Below, one piece after another: positions 12,070-23,200 of a DNA stretch of 64,000 nucleotides. The DNA lies in the NCBI GenBank assembly GCA_001599295.1, contig BCGN01000004.1, positions 500,138-564,137 on the forward strand, given 5' to 3'. The DNA comes from Sporopachydermia quercuum. Taxonomy: Eukaryota. Position 1 is the stretch's first letter. Every line of letters begins with the position of its first letter. The notes under the pieces are model-generated. The model did not search any database and was not told the origin of the DNA. It saw nothing but the letters and a program-made list of their open reading frames with translations. A program made the position numbers and the translations under genes.

Positions 12070-14163
12070 GGGAAGAGAAGAGAGTTGATATGTTGTATGA
12101 TGGAGTAACCCTGTAGAATGTGAGTTTTGTAGATGCTGAATAGGTAGTAATATCAAGGCAAGGTATTCGACATTAAGTAGCAATGGTAACAGTGTTTGTT
12201 TATAGGATATGTTGGTGATTAATTTGCTTATGACAATGAAACTATGAATAGTTTGAAGATCAGAGATCAATGAAAAAGGGTGTGATTTGAGTTGATAAGA
12301 AGCTGATGGTTAATGATAGATTGATTTGATTGTATTGTTCAATATAGTATACTATTTTATGTTTGATTATTCTATATACATTTTACTCTTGTATTCTAAA
12401 CCTGGATTTGATTATCCCAACTCCAAATCCTTCATTTTGGTTATTTATATTGTTGCAATGTATGATAGTTTCAGCTCTTGGGAGGTCACATCAGCTGTTT
12501 ATCAGGAAAACAACGTTTTATTGCTTGAATTAAAAGATCACCCTATAAATGAATAGATTTAATGGAAAAAGAGACAGAAAACGCTACCAATTAAGTGTAT
12601 AATAACCTGCTGGTCGCTGATTTCTATTTGGAAGAATGTATTTGTCTAACTACAGAATAGATACCTTACAATTGTATGTACTTCACTAATGCCACCATAT
12701 TTTCACTATTGGCTGTTCTTTGATTTCACGCATCATTAACTATGATTGTAGAAGAACAAATAAATAGCGTCATAAGACTGAAAATTGAATTACCACAAAC
12801 AATTTTTATTATAATACAGCAACTCATAATATTTTTTAACTTCTTGATTTGATACAGTCATGCTATTCAACTCGTTTCGTACTAAAATACACTACAACGG
12901 AACACGACTAAAATTAAACCAGTTGCACTTTTTATTATAACTCAACTCTCCACTATTAGTTCTATATATCGAAAGTGTACTTTGCTTATTTGTGTTCTTC
13001 GACTCTTTGCTGTATGTATTAATGAAAAAATCAAAGAAGACGGAGCTGATACTACTAGCTGAATCGTTTACGAACAACTTTACGTTCAGTAGTATTACGA
13101 TTAATTGATGACAGTAATGTATTACAAGTCTTAATCTCATCACCAAACTATCAAAGAATAGTAATATTATATCGAATGAACTACGATACAGAACATTTGA
13201 TAGCAAATAAAGTTTACCACTTAGTAGGTTTAAGTTAGTGGTACTAATTTAAAGTTTCAAACTTTAATACTTAAACAAAAGCTTATTTTTTATTTGTAAA
13301 GAGAATTCAATCTATCTGCATAAGGAGTTACTCGATCATGCTCTGATATCCATCAATAATACTCTATTAATGCATTAACATAGTTCTTTTTGGCTTTGAA
13401 TTCAATTCAATCTAAAGATATTAGTTAGTAGAATCCTATTAGACAGTAATATTCGCCTGTGACAAAGTTCAATTAGCAATTGAACGGAAGACGTCTTGTT
13501 CAATCAATATGAGACTTTAGTAACATACAACGTGCTATGCAGCAGCATGACAAACGAATAGTGTCAGATTTGCTTTTTACTTGATAAAATAAGTCATTTA
13601 TGTGATTTAGATTAGACGGGCAAAGGNATCTAGTTATTATGTGTATTTTTAAGGACATTCCCGTTGAAAATTTCTCCGTTGGATAAGATGTGCATAACTA
13701 AGCAACCTATTAGCCGAACTAACATTATAATAAAACATTACTTTCTGACATTTGAATACAATAACATGATTATATAAATACCATACTATATATGTTGATA
13801 TGCAATTATATGAATAAATAGAATAAATAGAATAACTATCATATGGTTGTTTATATGAAAATGATTGAAAATATAGAGCCAAATGGATAAATAATTGGAT
13901 ATATGAACAGATAGATGTGCATATATCCAAGATGAAAATATAGACACTGACAAAAAATACTTTCATACGTTGAATATTGTATAAATATTCATATGAAAGT
14001 ACTTCTATTATGCACATAAATCATATTCCATACAATCTACCAATCTGATACAATTCAACCATAATCATAGTCCAAAAAACCATACAAATAATTAAACACA
14101 CATCATCGCCTATACATCCTCATTTTATAACTTTTCCCTTTCATCTGATACTTTTAACAGCAA

Positions 14164-17100
14164 CTAATCCTCAGAAACAAAACCTCCTTGTTCACATAAC
14201 GAATAGAACAACCCATTCTTATTCTTCAAAAGATTTTCCGGGGTATCAAATTCAGCAATTTCTCCTTTATTCAATGCCAAAATACGATCGGAATCCATAA
14301 TGGTATTCAATCGATGAGCAATAGTAAGAATTGTCCGATCTTTAAACTCGCTGCGAATAGTCTCCTGAAGTACCTTATCAGTCTCAACATCAACTGCTGC
14401 TGTTGCTTCGTCCAATACCAAAACCTTTGATTCTGCTAACAACGCTCTTGCTAAACACATCAACTGTCGTTGGCCAACTGATAAGTTTGATCCTCCTTCA
14501 GTTACTTTAGCATCTAATCCTCCTTGCAAGGATTCGATATGTCCCTTCAAGTGTGACAGTTCCAGTGCCCACCATAGTTTATCATCACTATATCTACCAA
14601 CCGGATCCAAATTATCCCGAATTGAGCCTTCAAACACTTGTGAATCTTGGGGAATAATCGATAGGTTCTGTCGTAAGTCTGCCAATCCTATTAAGCTAGT
14701 ATTCACGTTATCAATGCTAATAAACCCGCCGGTAGCCTCAATAATTCTGAACAGCGCCAATGTCAAACTTGACTTTCCTGCTCCTGTACGACCAACAATT
14801 CCAATTTTCTCTTGCGGTTTCACTGCAAAACTGATATTCCGTAGCACCAGGTCCAATTCCGGTCTGTATCTAGCTGAATAGTTATGGAATTCAACAGCGC
14901 CCGCTTCAGGCCATGTTTTAGGTACAGGATGATCGGCAACATACTCTGGAGCTTCGGAAGGAATAGCAGAGTATTCAAGAATACGCTCAACAGATACAAT
15001 GTTTGTTTCTACTTCCACTGTCATTCTCACAATCCAGTTCAAACTCTGAGTGATAGATAATGCATACGACAATGAGAGACCAACCAAACCTGCAGAAATG
15101 GGTTTCCATGCTAATGATGTAACTGACAAGCCAGCTGCTGAGAAGATGATCACAGAACCAAGAAATTCCAACCGCACCGCTAACCAACGGTTTGCGTTGA
15201 TTGAAGGATGGTATGCTTTCATATTCTGGTCTACCTTGTTTTCGTTGAGATAGTTGAATCTGTTCTGTTGTCGATAAGCACGAATTGTGTGCACTCCATT
15301 AAGAGTTTCCTGGAAATGGGCAAAAATTGGCGATCTAGTTGTAGAATCCAATCGTTTCAGTTCTCTGCTTGTTCTGAGATAGAATTTCTGGTAATGCAAA
15401 TACAGGAAAGCTAATGGGAGGGCAACCAAGATGAATTCCCAAGTAGAAAAACAGATAACAAGAATAGTGAAGAAGACTTTAACAGTATTGGAGAAAAACT
15501 GGGAAAAGGTCCTTGCCAAAACTTCATCTACCTTATAAATGTCGTTGGAAAACCTATTGAGGATTCTTCCTAAAGGGGTTGTTTCAAAAAATGACATAGG
15601 GGCTCTTAATACTGATACAACCATTCTGTGATGCAGTACTTTACTTCCAGAAATACTACAGAAAATCCATAGGACAACTGTTTGCAATAAAGTCAATAAA
15701 CTGGATCCCACACCTAACGCAAAATAGACACCGAGGTAGAGACCCACTCGAGGATTATTACCTGCATGCGAGTTGACCTCTGACCAGTGTTTCAACCATA
15801 TAGTACCCAATACTGATACACCTATTGAGCCTATAATGAATACTAGGAACAAAGCTACTGCATAAGGATTACAAGCTTTGGCGTATTCAAGATAAACGTC
15901 CCATTTCACCTTTCCTTGTTCTGCATGTTCTTTTCTATTGATGGCCGAGCGACTTAATGGTGTTTTCACTGCAAATGAAGCTGTTGATGCTCTTCGGAGC
16001 GAATTTCCAGTGATAATTCTATGCAGAGATCTTTCATCTGTGAGGGATTCCGTGTCAAGAGTAATGTCCGTTTCCACCAAATCGACTGGTTCTTCAGGTA
16101 GAGGACTAGAATCTGGTCCAGTTCTTGGAGCAGAATTTGGAGTATCGTTACCACTCAATTTACCATTAACCTTGCCACTACCGTTACCCTTCCCATTACC
16201 CTTTCCGTTGCCATTTCCATTGCCATTTCCGATATCCAATTCATCAGCGTCTTCTACCTCAGTAGTGTTCCCAGAGCTACCTTGTTTCTGTTTGCCGAAT
16301 TCTCTAACCAATGCTGCTGTTGCGCCATTCTCAACGATCAATTTATTATAACTGCCTTCTTCAACAATCTTCCCTCCTGAAAGCATAGTAATTCTATCTG
16401 CTTGATTCAACACTGAAATAGAATTAGTAGCAAGGATTCTGGTCTTATGTCGCAATAGACCTTTAGGGCCCAACACATTGTCTATCAAATGTCTTCCAAC
16501 ATGTTCATCAACAGCAGAAAGAGGATCATCTAGCAAGTAAACGTCTGCACGAGCATACACAGCTCTGGCTAATGATAATCTAGCCTTTTGGCCTCCAGAG
16601 AGTGAAATACCTTTCTCGCCAACCTCAGTCAAATCTGAATCAGCAAGGATCTCTAGATCTTCTGTCAAAGCACATGCTTCAAGAGTCCTTTGATAGAATT
16701 GAGCGTCATATTTGGAACCAAATAAAATATTCTCTCGCACAGTACCGTTCATGATCCATGGCACTTGAGCAACATATGCTACACTTCCATGGATAGTGAC
16801 AGATCCATCAGCTCTATACAGATCTCCCAGGATTGCTTGCATGAATGCTGATTTACCAGCACCGACTTTACCAATGATACAATTCAATTCACCTTTATGA
16901 GCTTTATAGTTAATATTTTCTAAAGCTATTTTGTAGTTATCTGCATCTTTTGACCATACAAATGTTCCATCAGTGATTCTCACAGTCTCATCGCCAATTT
17001 TATTAGCTTTTGATAATCGAATCACTGCGTCCGGTTGTAATTCACCTGCAGTAAGGAAAGAGCTAAGTCGATTGATGGCTACACTTGCTTCGACAACTGA

Positions 17101-19035
17101 AGTAATCACCATGGGAATAACTGCTAATGGGAATGACAACAGGTTGAACAAGGCCAACGCTGGGAATACAATGTCTGTTGTCAATGGTTTATCCTGAGTT
17201 AGAACAAACACAGCAAACGTTGAGCAGGACACTAAAAATGGCGCACAGTTCCAAGTGAAGTTGCTGAAAGCTGAGAAAACACCAATTCGTTTCAAATTTT
17301 TCAGTTCCTGATAATTTCTGACATAATCCATCTTTTCTTTATAAGGAGCTTCCCATCCGTAGAGCTTCAGAGACTTGATGTTACTTAGAATTTCAGAAAT
17401 GAGTCTCGTACGACTATCTTTATACTTCATTTGAGTCTTTTGTAGATTTCGTTGGGTTCTGGCAATAGCAGCATTAAGAGGAATCATAATCACCATGACA
17501 ATAACACCTGCCCACATGGCATTCCCCAGTAAATTATGTAAGGATACCAAGCAAAGAACAATCTGGAAAGGACCTGACCATAGAATTTGGCCGTATTGAC
17601 ATAAATCCTGTAATCTTTGAGTGTCAACTGACATCAAGTTGACAATATCACCAGATGTCTTCTTTCCTCTATCTTCATTAGAAAGAACTAACGATTTTCT
17701 ATAGATAACACTGGTCAGACCAGCTTTAATGCTCATACCAGTATCAAAAGCCTTTTGGAAGTACTGATGTAAAGATGCTGTTTGAACTACTGACACAACA
17801 AACATTCCTATGGCAATTAAAAATCCTCTGATTAAAGGCTTTGGTTCTTTCTCGTTCTTCAGATCAGAAGTGTATTCCCCTACAAAAGCAATAAGCAATC
17901 TAAGCAGCTGTGGTTGAGTAAACGCAAGAATATCCTGAATAGTTTTGAATATGGCTCCCCATATTAATGGTGAACCATATGATGTGATTAAAGTACGGGC
18001 TAAGCTCGGTTTTCCGTTGCCACGTTGTAGCTGCTTCTGCCAATTAGACGAGAACACTCCAGAAGCTGATTTGGAATCATAACCCTTTGGTAGTTCTGGC
18101 AAGTCTTCGTCAATCAAATATGTTTCATAACCACGTTTCATTAAAGGACTCATCCAGCTGAAAGTGATACGGGAAAATATGTCGGCAAAATCCTTTGGAT
18201 TCTTCTTTAGAGCAGCTTCTTGGTAGAAGGATTCCTCCTCATCGTCGTAATCACTGGACAGAGGGTCATAAGCAGAAGGAGTCTTTGGAGCTAGCCATTC
18301 AATAACAAATACTGACAAAGCGTTTAGAGCTAAGAATATGGTGATAATACAGTACGGAATTACACCTTGATTGTCATTATGAAGAGAATCTCGTAAACAC
18401 AAGGCAATTGTTTTAGCTATTTCAATGAAGAACGAGATCAACCAGAAGAACAACAATGCACCATTAGGAATAAACGAATGGTAATGCTCAATATAATGCA
18501 GAGCAAACGCTGGAATCAACCCGACGGTGATAATAATAGGACACCAGAAAAACACATCGGTAAAGAAGATTTGCTTATTGGAAACAGCAAATATTATCGC
18601 CAGCGCAATGTTGAGCAATCCTTGAACAGCAACGAGGGTTAATTTAAGGTAAAAGAACAAAGAGCTTGATGTTGTTAATGGCCTTTTACTCTTGAGTTCG
18701 TTATACTGGTTAATACCAGCAATAAACATTAGAACACCGGTGATGAGTTTCAATCCATCCAGAAAGCAAGGAGTAAAATCCTGCATTGATGAAAAAGGTC
18801 CCCAACCGTCGTGGTCATGACAGAAAAAGCAGTTTGCTACAATAGTGTTGTTGCTCAATGTATTACTCAATGTATCAATTGAAGGTCTGCCGTAAGCCAT
18901 TGCAGCCGTGTACAAGAAATTTGGTATCAAATCAGAAACAGAACCTGCGGTAGGAATGAACTCATCGGCAATCATGTCTTGATTCACAAGTGAGTTCTCA
19001 CTAACCCCCAGTTGGAAGACTGTCTCTAGTTCCAT
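14164..19035 (-). CDS. YCF1: Vacuolar ABCC/MRP glutathione-S-conjugate transporter Ycf1
   Basis: TMD0 start GWGP..DFTPCF; NBD1 GKVGAGKS and LSGGQKARLSLARAVY; linker LRRASTAS; NBD2 GRTGAGKS and LSVGQRQL. The first ATG is at 19035 (the track's 19065 is TTG); alternative in-frame ATGs lie at 18975 and 18900. Confidence 0.95.
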   Translation of the reverse strand: MELETVFQLGVSENSLVNQDMIADEFIPTAGSVSDLIPNFLYTAAMAYGRPSIDTLSNTLSNNTIVANCFFCHDHDGWGPFSSMQDFTPCFLDGLKLITGVLMFIAGINQYNELKSKRPLTTSSSLFFYLKLTLVAVQGLLNIALAIIFAVSNKQIFFTDVFFWCPIIITVGLIPAFALHYIEHYHSFIPNGALLFFWLISFFIEIAKTIALCLRDSLHNDNQGVIPYCIITIFLALNALSVFVIEWLAPKTPSAYDPLSSDYDDEEESFYQEAALKKNPKDFADIFSRITFSWMSPLMKRGYETYLIDEDLPELPKGYDSKSASGVFSSNWQKQLQRGNGKPSLARTLITSYGSPLIWGAIFKTIQDILAFTQPQLLRLLIAFVGEYTSDLKNEKEPKPLIRGFLIAIGMFVVSVVQTASLHQYFQKAFDTGMSIKAGLTSVIYRKSLVLSNEDRGKKTSGDIVNLMSVDTQRLQDLCQYGQILWSGPFQIVLCLVSLHNLLGNAMWAGVIVMVIMIPLNAAIARTQRNLQKTQMKYKDSRTRLISEILSNIKSLKLYGWEAPYKEKMDYVRNYQELKNLKRIGVFSAFSNFTWNCAPFLVSCSTFAVFVLTQDKPLTTDIVFPALALFNLLSFPLAVIPMVITSVVEASVAINRLSSFLTAGELQPDAVIRLSKANKIGDETVRITDGTFVWSKDADNYKIALENINYKAHKGELNCIIGKVGAGKSAFMQAILGDLYRADGSVTIHGSVAYVAQVPWIMNGTVRENILFGSKYDAQFYQRTLEACALTEDLEILADSDLTEVGEKGISLSGGQKARLSLARAVYARADVYLLDDPLSAVDEHVGRHLIDNVLGPKGLLRHKTRILATNSISVLNQADRITMLSGGKIVEEGSYNKLIVENGATAALVREFGKQKQGSSGNTTEVEDADELDIGNGNGNGNGKGNGKGNGSGKVNGKLSGNDTPNSAPRTGPDSSPLPEEPVDLVETDITLDTESLTDERSLHRIITGNSLRRASTASFAVKTPLSRSAINRKEHAEQGKVKWDVYLEYAKACNPYAVALFLVFIIGSIGVSVLGTIWLKHWSEVNSHAGNNPRVGLYLGVYFALGVGSSLLTLLQTVVLWIFCSISGSKVLHHRMVVSVLRAPMSFFETTPLGRILNRFSNDIYKVDEVLARTFSQFFSNTVKVFFTILVICFSTWEFILVALPLAFLYLHYQKFYLRTSRELKRLDSTTRSPIFAHFQETLNGVHTIRAYRQQNRFNYLNENKVDQNMKAYHPSINANRWLAVRLEFLGSVIIFSAAGLSVTSLAWKPISAGLVGLSLSYALSITQSLNWIVRMTVEVETNIVSVERILEYSAIPSEAPEYVADHPVPKTWPEAGAVEFHNYSARYRPELDLVLRNISFAVKPQEKIGIVGRTGAGKSSLTLALFRIIEATGGFISIDNVNTSLIGLADLRQNLSIIPQDSQVFEGSIRDNLDPVGRYSDDKLWWALELSHLKGHIESLQGGLDAKVTEGGSNLSVGQRQLMCLARALLAESKVLVLDEATAAVDVETDKVLQETIRSEFKDRTILTIAHRLNTIMDSDRILALNKGEIAEFDTPENLLKNKNGLFYSLCEQGGFVSED

Positions 19036-20249
19036 AGTGAACAGTAGCAGTGCAAAGTATACCAATCAACGTAGTGAGCAATCAAAGTAGTAATAGCCAC
19101 TAAATAGAAAAACAAATGTATTGTGAATAACCTTTCTGATTACCTATCCCAATATAAATAGATTATACCAAAATCGAAGGCCCTAGTGAAATTTCCACTT
19201 GGCGTTAACTAGTTGGCTATGATAAGCTGACAATTGATCCTTTGCCAATGAAACAATGCATAAATTCAAACCAATTGCTTCAAATTTTCTACTTTCTCTT
19301 TATCTGAGCTTTCCCCCTCTAGTCTTTTAACTCCTATTTTATGATGTACTATTTATGTTTTCTATTCTTCTCCTGCGCCTTTTACACTGATACTTTCTCC
19401 TATAATCAACAACTACCTATCAACAGGTTTTTTCTGAAGTCCAATAGTGAAATTTACAGAGATATAGTTTCATCGTTCAGTTCTCTTACTTCTCTATCAC
19501 TATCCTTGAAGGTACGATCTATTTGCCACAACTGATATTTTCCGTTTTATCATTTACTACAAAAGAAGCAAAGGATGGTACAAAAAATGGAAAATGTATG
19601 TCATTGCTCGGGAATTCCCTAATGGGATTTTGACAGGGGGATTGAGCATGATTATGTAATCTAGAAGAAGAGAAAGTCAAGGGAAGTACTCGAGACATAA
19701 GGGGAGGTTGGGAGATAAAGTTAATATGTGAAACAGCGCAGGCGGTTATTTAGTTATTCAACAGAAGACGATAATGATTTAGAAAGATTNAAGTAGAATC
19801 ATGTTAATAGGCAGATTATATACCGACGAGTCTAATAGTAACACCCTCAGAATCAAATAGCATCTAAGACATGTGTCTGTAATTAGGGGGTGTAGTTGAT
19901 TATGTTTCTGAGGGGCATCCTCAAGATTTTAATTTAAGGCAGATACTTTATCATTTCCGGAAGTTTTGCTGGCTTTTCATAGAGCAATCGAATTGGTGAA
20001 CGAATGAAAGAATGAAAGAGAAAAAAGATTCTAACTGAGGAACTAAAGAAGAGATATAATAAAATCACAGTAATCGTTTTCTCAGCAATAAAAACATGGG
20101 TTTAATCACTATACATAGATGCCCTTTGCCCATAGCCTCAATCATTAAGGATTCATCTCTATTCTATTTCCATACATGTCAACCATCAACAGTAACAACC
20201 AATTTAGCCATAGTACTCTATTTTCTAATTATCACATCTTATCTTATTC

Positions 20250-23200
20250 TCAAACCAAGATATATACGTTATACTTATCAACCAGCTTAACTTGTTTCGA
20301 TGTTTGTCTCGTCAAAATAGGTGCCAGGGTCACTTTAAACAAGACATCATTGACAATCAACCGGGGAAGCTTTTTCCATACTTTTCCTTCTCCTTTGTTC
20401 ATGCTATTTCTGAGCTGAAACGTGAAACTCACTGGCTGAATAGTAAACGGCATAACTGGCACTATTTGCACTCGTTTTCCTTCGGTTAATGTAAAATCCT
20501 GGAACTTCAGCTCATTTTTCTCATTGCCATTGACCTTGTTTGCATTGTTTAGTTCTTCAATTGATTTCTCAAGGGTCAATGAGAACTTCAAAACGGTCAG
20601 CGAGGGATTCTCAATATAATAATTCACTGTATAAATGTTCCTATTATCGTTACTATTGATAATGTCTAGTAAAACCCTTGGTTCTGATAGTGAAAGAATG
20701 AAGTTTGCTTCATTAAACGAATAGCTATTATACTCCGTAATAAAACTAGTACTGCTATCATTATTCTTGTTCTTCTCATTATCTTTATGAGACTTTAATC
20801 TCCATTTAAGATCCAACTTGCTTAAAACTTCAACACTTTTATGCATTTTACCATCATTAACCTTTGAATCAAATGTGAATTCTAGCACCCCGGTTTGCTT
20901 GCTTCCAATAATAACTATTTCTGGCTCCTTAGTTTCAATAGAATCCTTTTCTACTGCCACAGTGGTATCTCCCTTTGTTTTTATATCAAAATCTCCATAG
21001 CATTCTATCTCACTACTATGATTGCTACGAATCGTACAGAAAAGTCTCCATTTTCTACTGGATTTCGGTAGAAATGGTTCCCTGCCAGTGTTCGTTCTTT
21101 CGTTATTGCTTACTTCAGGTAGGATAATACTTGGCAGACCATCAGGATTCACTTGGGGAGCTAATGAAAATGAGGCATAGAATGGGACTAGAATATCGAC
21201 TTGATAAGTCGAAGATTCTGATATTTTAGAGTCCGGATTGTTGTTAATGTTGAAGTTTGCTGTTAGGTTGATGGTAAGAATTGTAGGTGACTTGTTGTTA
21301 CTGGTGATAGTGTTGACACTAGCTGTTGATGCTGTATTATTTGGAGGATTGGAGGTATTTANCAATTCAGGTATATCAACGTATAAATAACAACGATGAT
21401 TTGTAGATTTTGTTATTTGTTTGATGGTGTATGACGTAGGATCGTTGCAATCCTTAGTATCCTTTTCAGTATCATCGTCTTGCCATGAAACAATACCTTT
21501 TGTTCCATTATCAAAATCTACCTGAACAGAGAAGGATATATTAACATTTTCATCATCCTCGCTCTTGATCATAATTGGAATCTTTGCTGTCGATTTATAA
21601 AACACTTCCTTGGCCATACTAACATCTATAGTCACTTTTGGTCTCCTAGGAGCAACCAGACAAGAAGAAGGGGTCTCAGTTTTCACCACAGTACTTATTA
21701 CTCTGCTTTTAGACAAACTACTGTCGTTATCACGACTATTACTACTATCAGCCGTAGAGTACCATAAATAAGTATCATCAAAATCCTTTGGTGTAACAGG
21801 GATTGGAATACTCAGTTTGAGTTTTGGTGATGATATATTGACGATGACATAATCACATACTGCTGAGCCAATTTTATAAGGCCGAACTGTGAATTGGAGT
21901 ATTTTTCTTTCTTTTGATTTGAACGAAAGATTTGTTGAGCCTTTGAATACGTTCCTAATGTTATTGCTATCATCTGATAAGTCAATTGGCTGTATTAGTC
22001 GTGAAGGCTGAGATTTGTCGCTGCCATTGCCGTTACCATTGTCGTTGTCGCAGATATTGGTTATTTGAATAGGATGGATAGCGTCTAGGAAAGCAATTTC
22101 AATATTGTTGATAGCAACTGAACCTCCAGAGGTTTCATTCCCAAATAGGAGGCTGCTCAACTTATCCGCCACATTGCATTTTAGCTCCAATTGGATTGCG
22201 ACTTCCTCGTCGTTTCTGATTTCAGATTTTTGGAACAAAAATGCGCCCTCGAATAACCCAATTCGATACTCTTTATCTATTTTTAAATCCAAGTCCGGAA
22301 GTATTTCTCTTAGAGCGCCACCAAGCGCCACAATCGACTCCAATTCAGCCTCACCAACTTCTAAACAGCTCATCTCTAATAAATACATAACAATCAGCCT
22401 TCCAAGGCTCTGTTTCTCCTCATCATTTTCACTATCCTTGATCTGCTCAACAGTGCATTTATAAAGGTTTTTCAATCCTGAAAACAGTAAATATTCCCAT
22501 TTACTATCACGAAGAACTAGCACTGCTTTTTCATAATGGTCAGCTGCTGCTGCGTATTCCTTTATGCTCATAAGCTCAATGCCTATCTGATAGTCTATAT
22601 AAGCAATGGTTTTAGAGAATTGCGCAGAGTTACGCTCAAAATAGCTTCTGGCAGTGTTTAAAAGCTCAAAGGTTTTTTGACTGAAAGGGAACTTCTGTTC
22701 TTCTTGCATAGACAGAGCCAAATAGTTATCTAATAATCCTGAATTGTCAGTATTGCCAGCAAGATCAAGTGATGCTTCTTTCCTTAGTTTGAGACACAGT
22801 AACGCCTCTAGTATGATATAACCAGGCTGCGGCATACAGAACTTCGATACAGTTTCATCAAAAGTATTAGTAATTATTGGTCCATTATTACTAGCAGAGG
22901 ACTGGCTATACGGCATTAAACCAGCTAAATATCCAAACCACGAAAACTGAATATAAAGCCAATTATAATAAGTGCGGGTTGTTAATACAATTCCCTTTTC
23001 ATGCAATAGGTTCTCCACGCTTTCAACGTGAATATGGAACTTTCTGTAAGCAACAGTTGAGAACCCTGAATATAAGTATAGTTTCACTATTTTGATAACA
23101 ATAGCATCAAGTATAATTCTAGCATTGACCCATACATCAACACCAATAGCATCATTATTAGTCTTGGCACTAGGGACAATTGTATCAAACAGCTCTAGTA

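Noticed and set aside
13649..14017. 122-aa minus-strand ORF after YCF1
   Set aside because: Tyr/Ile-rich translation of a TA-rich 3'-UTR/terminator-like stretch, with no protein-like features.
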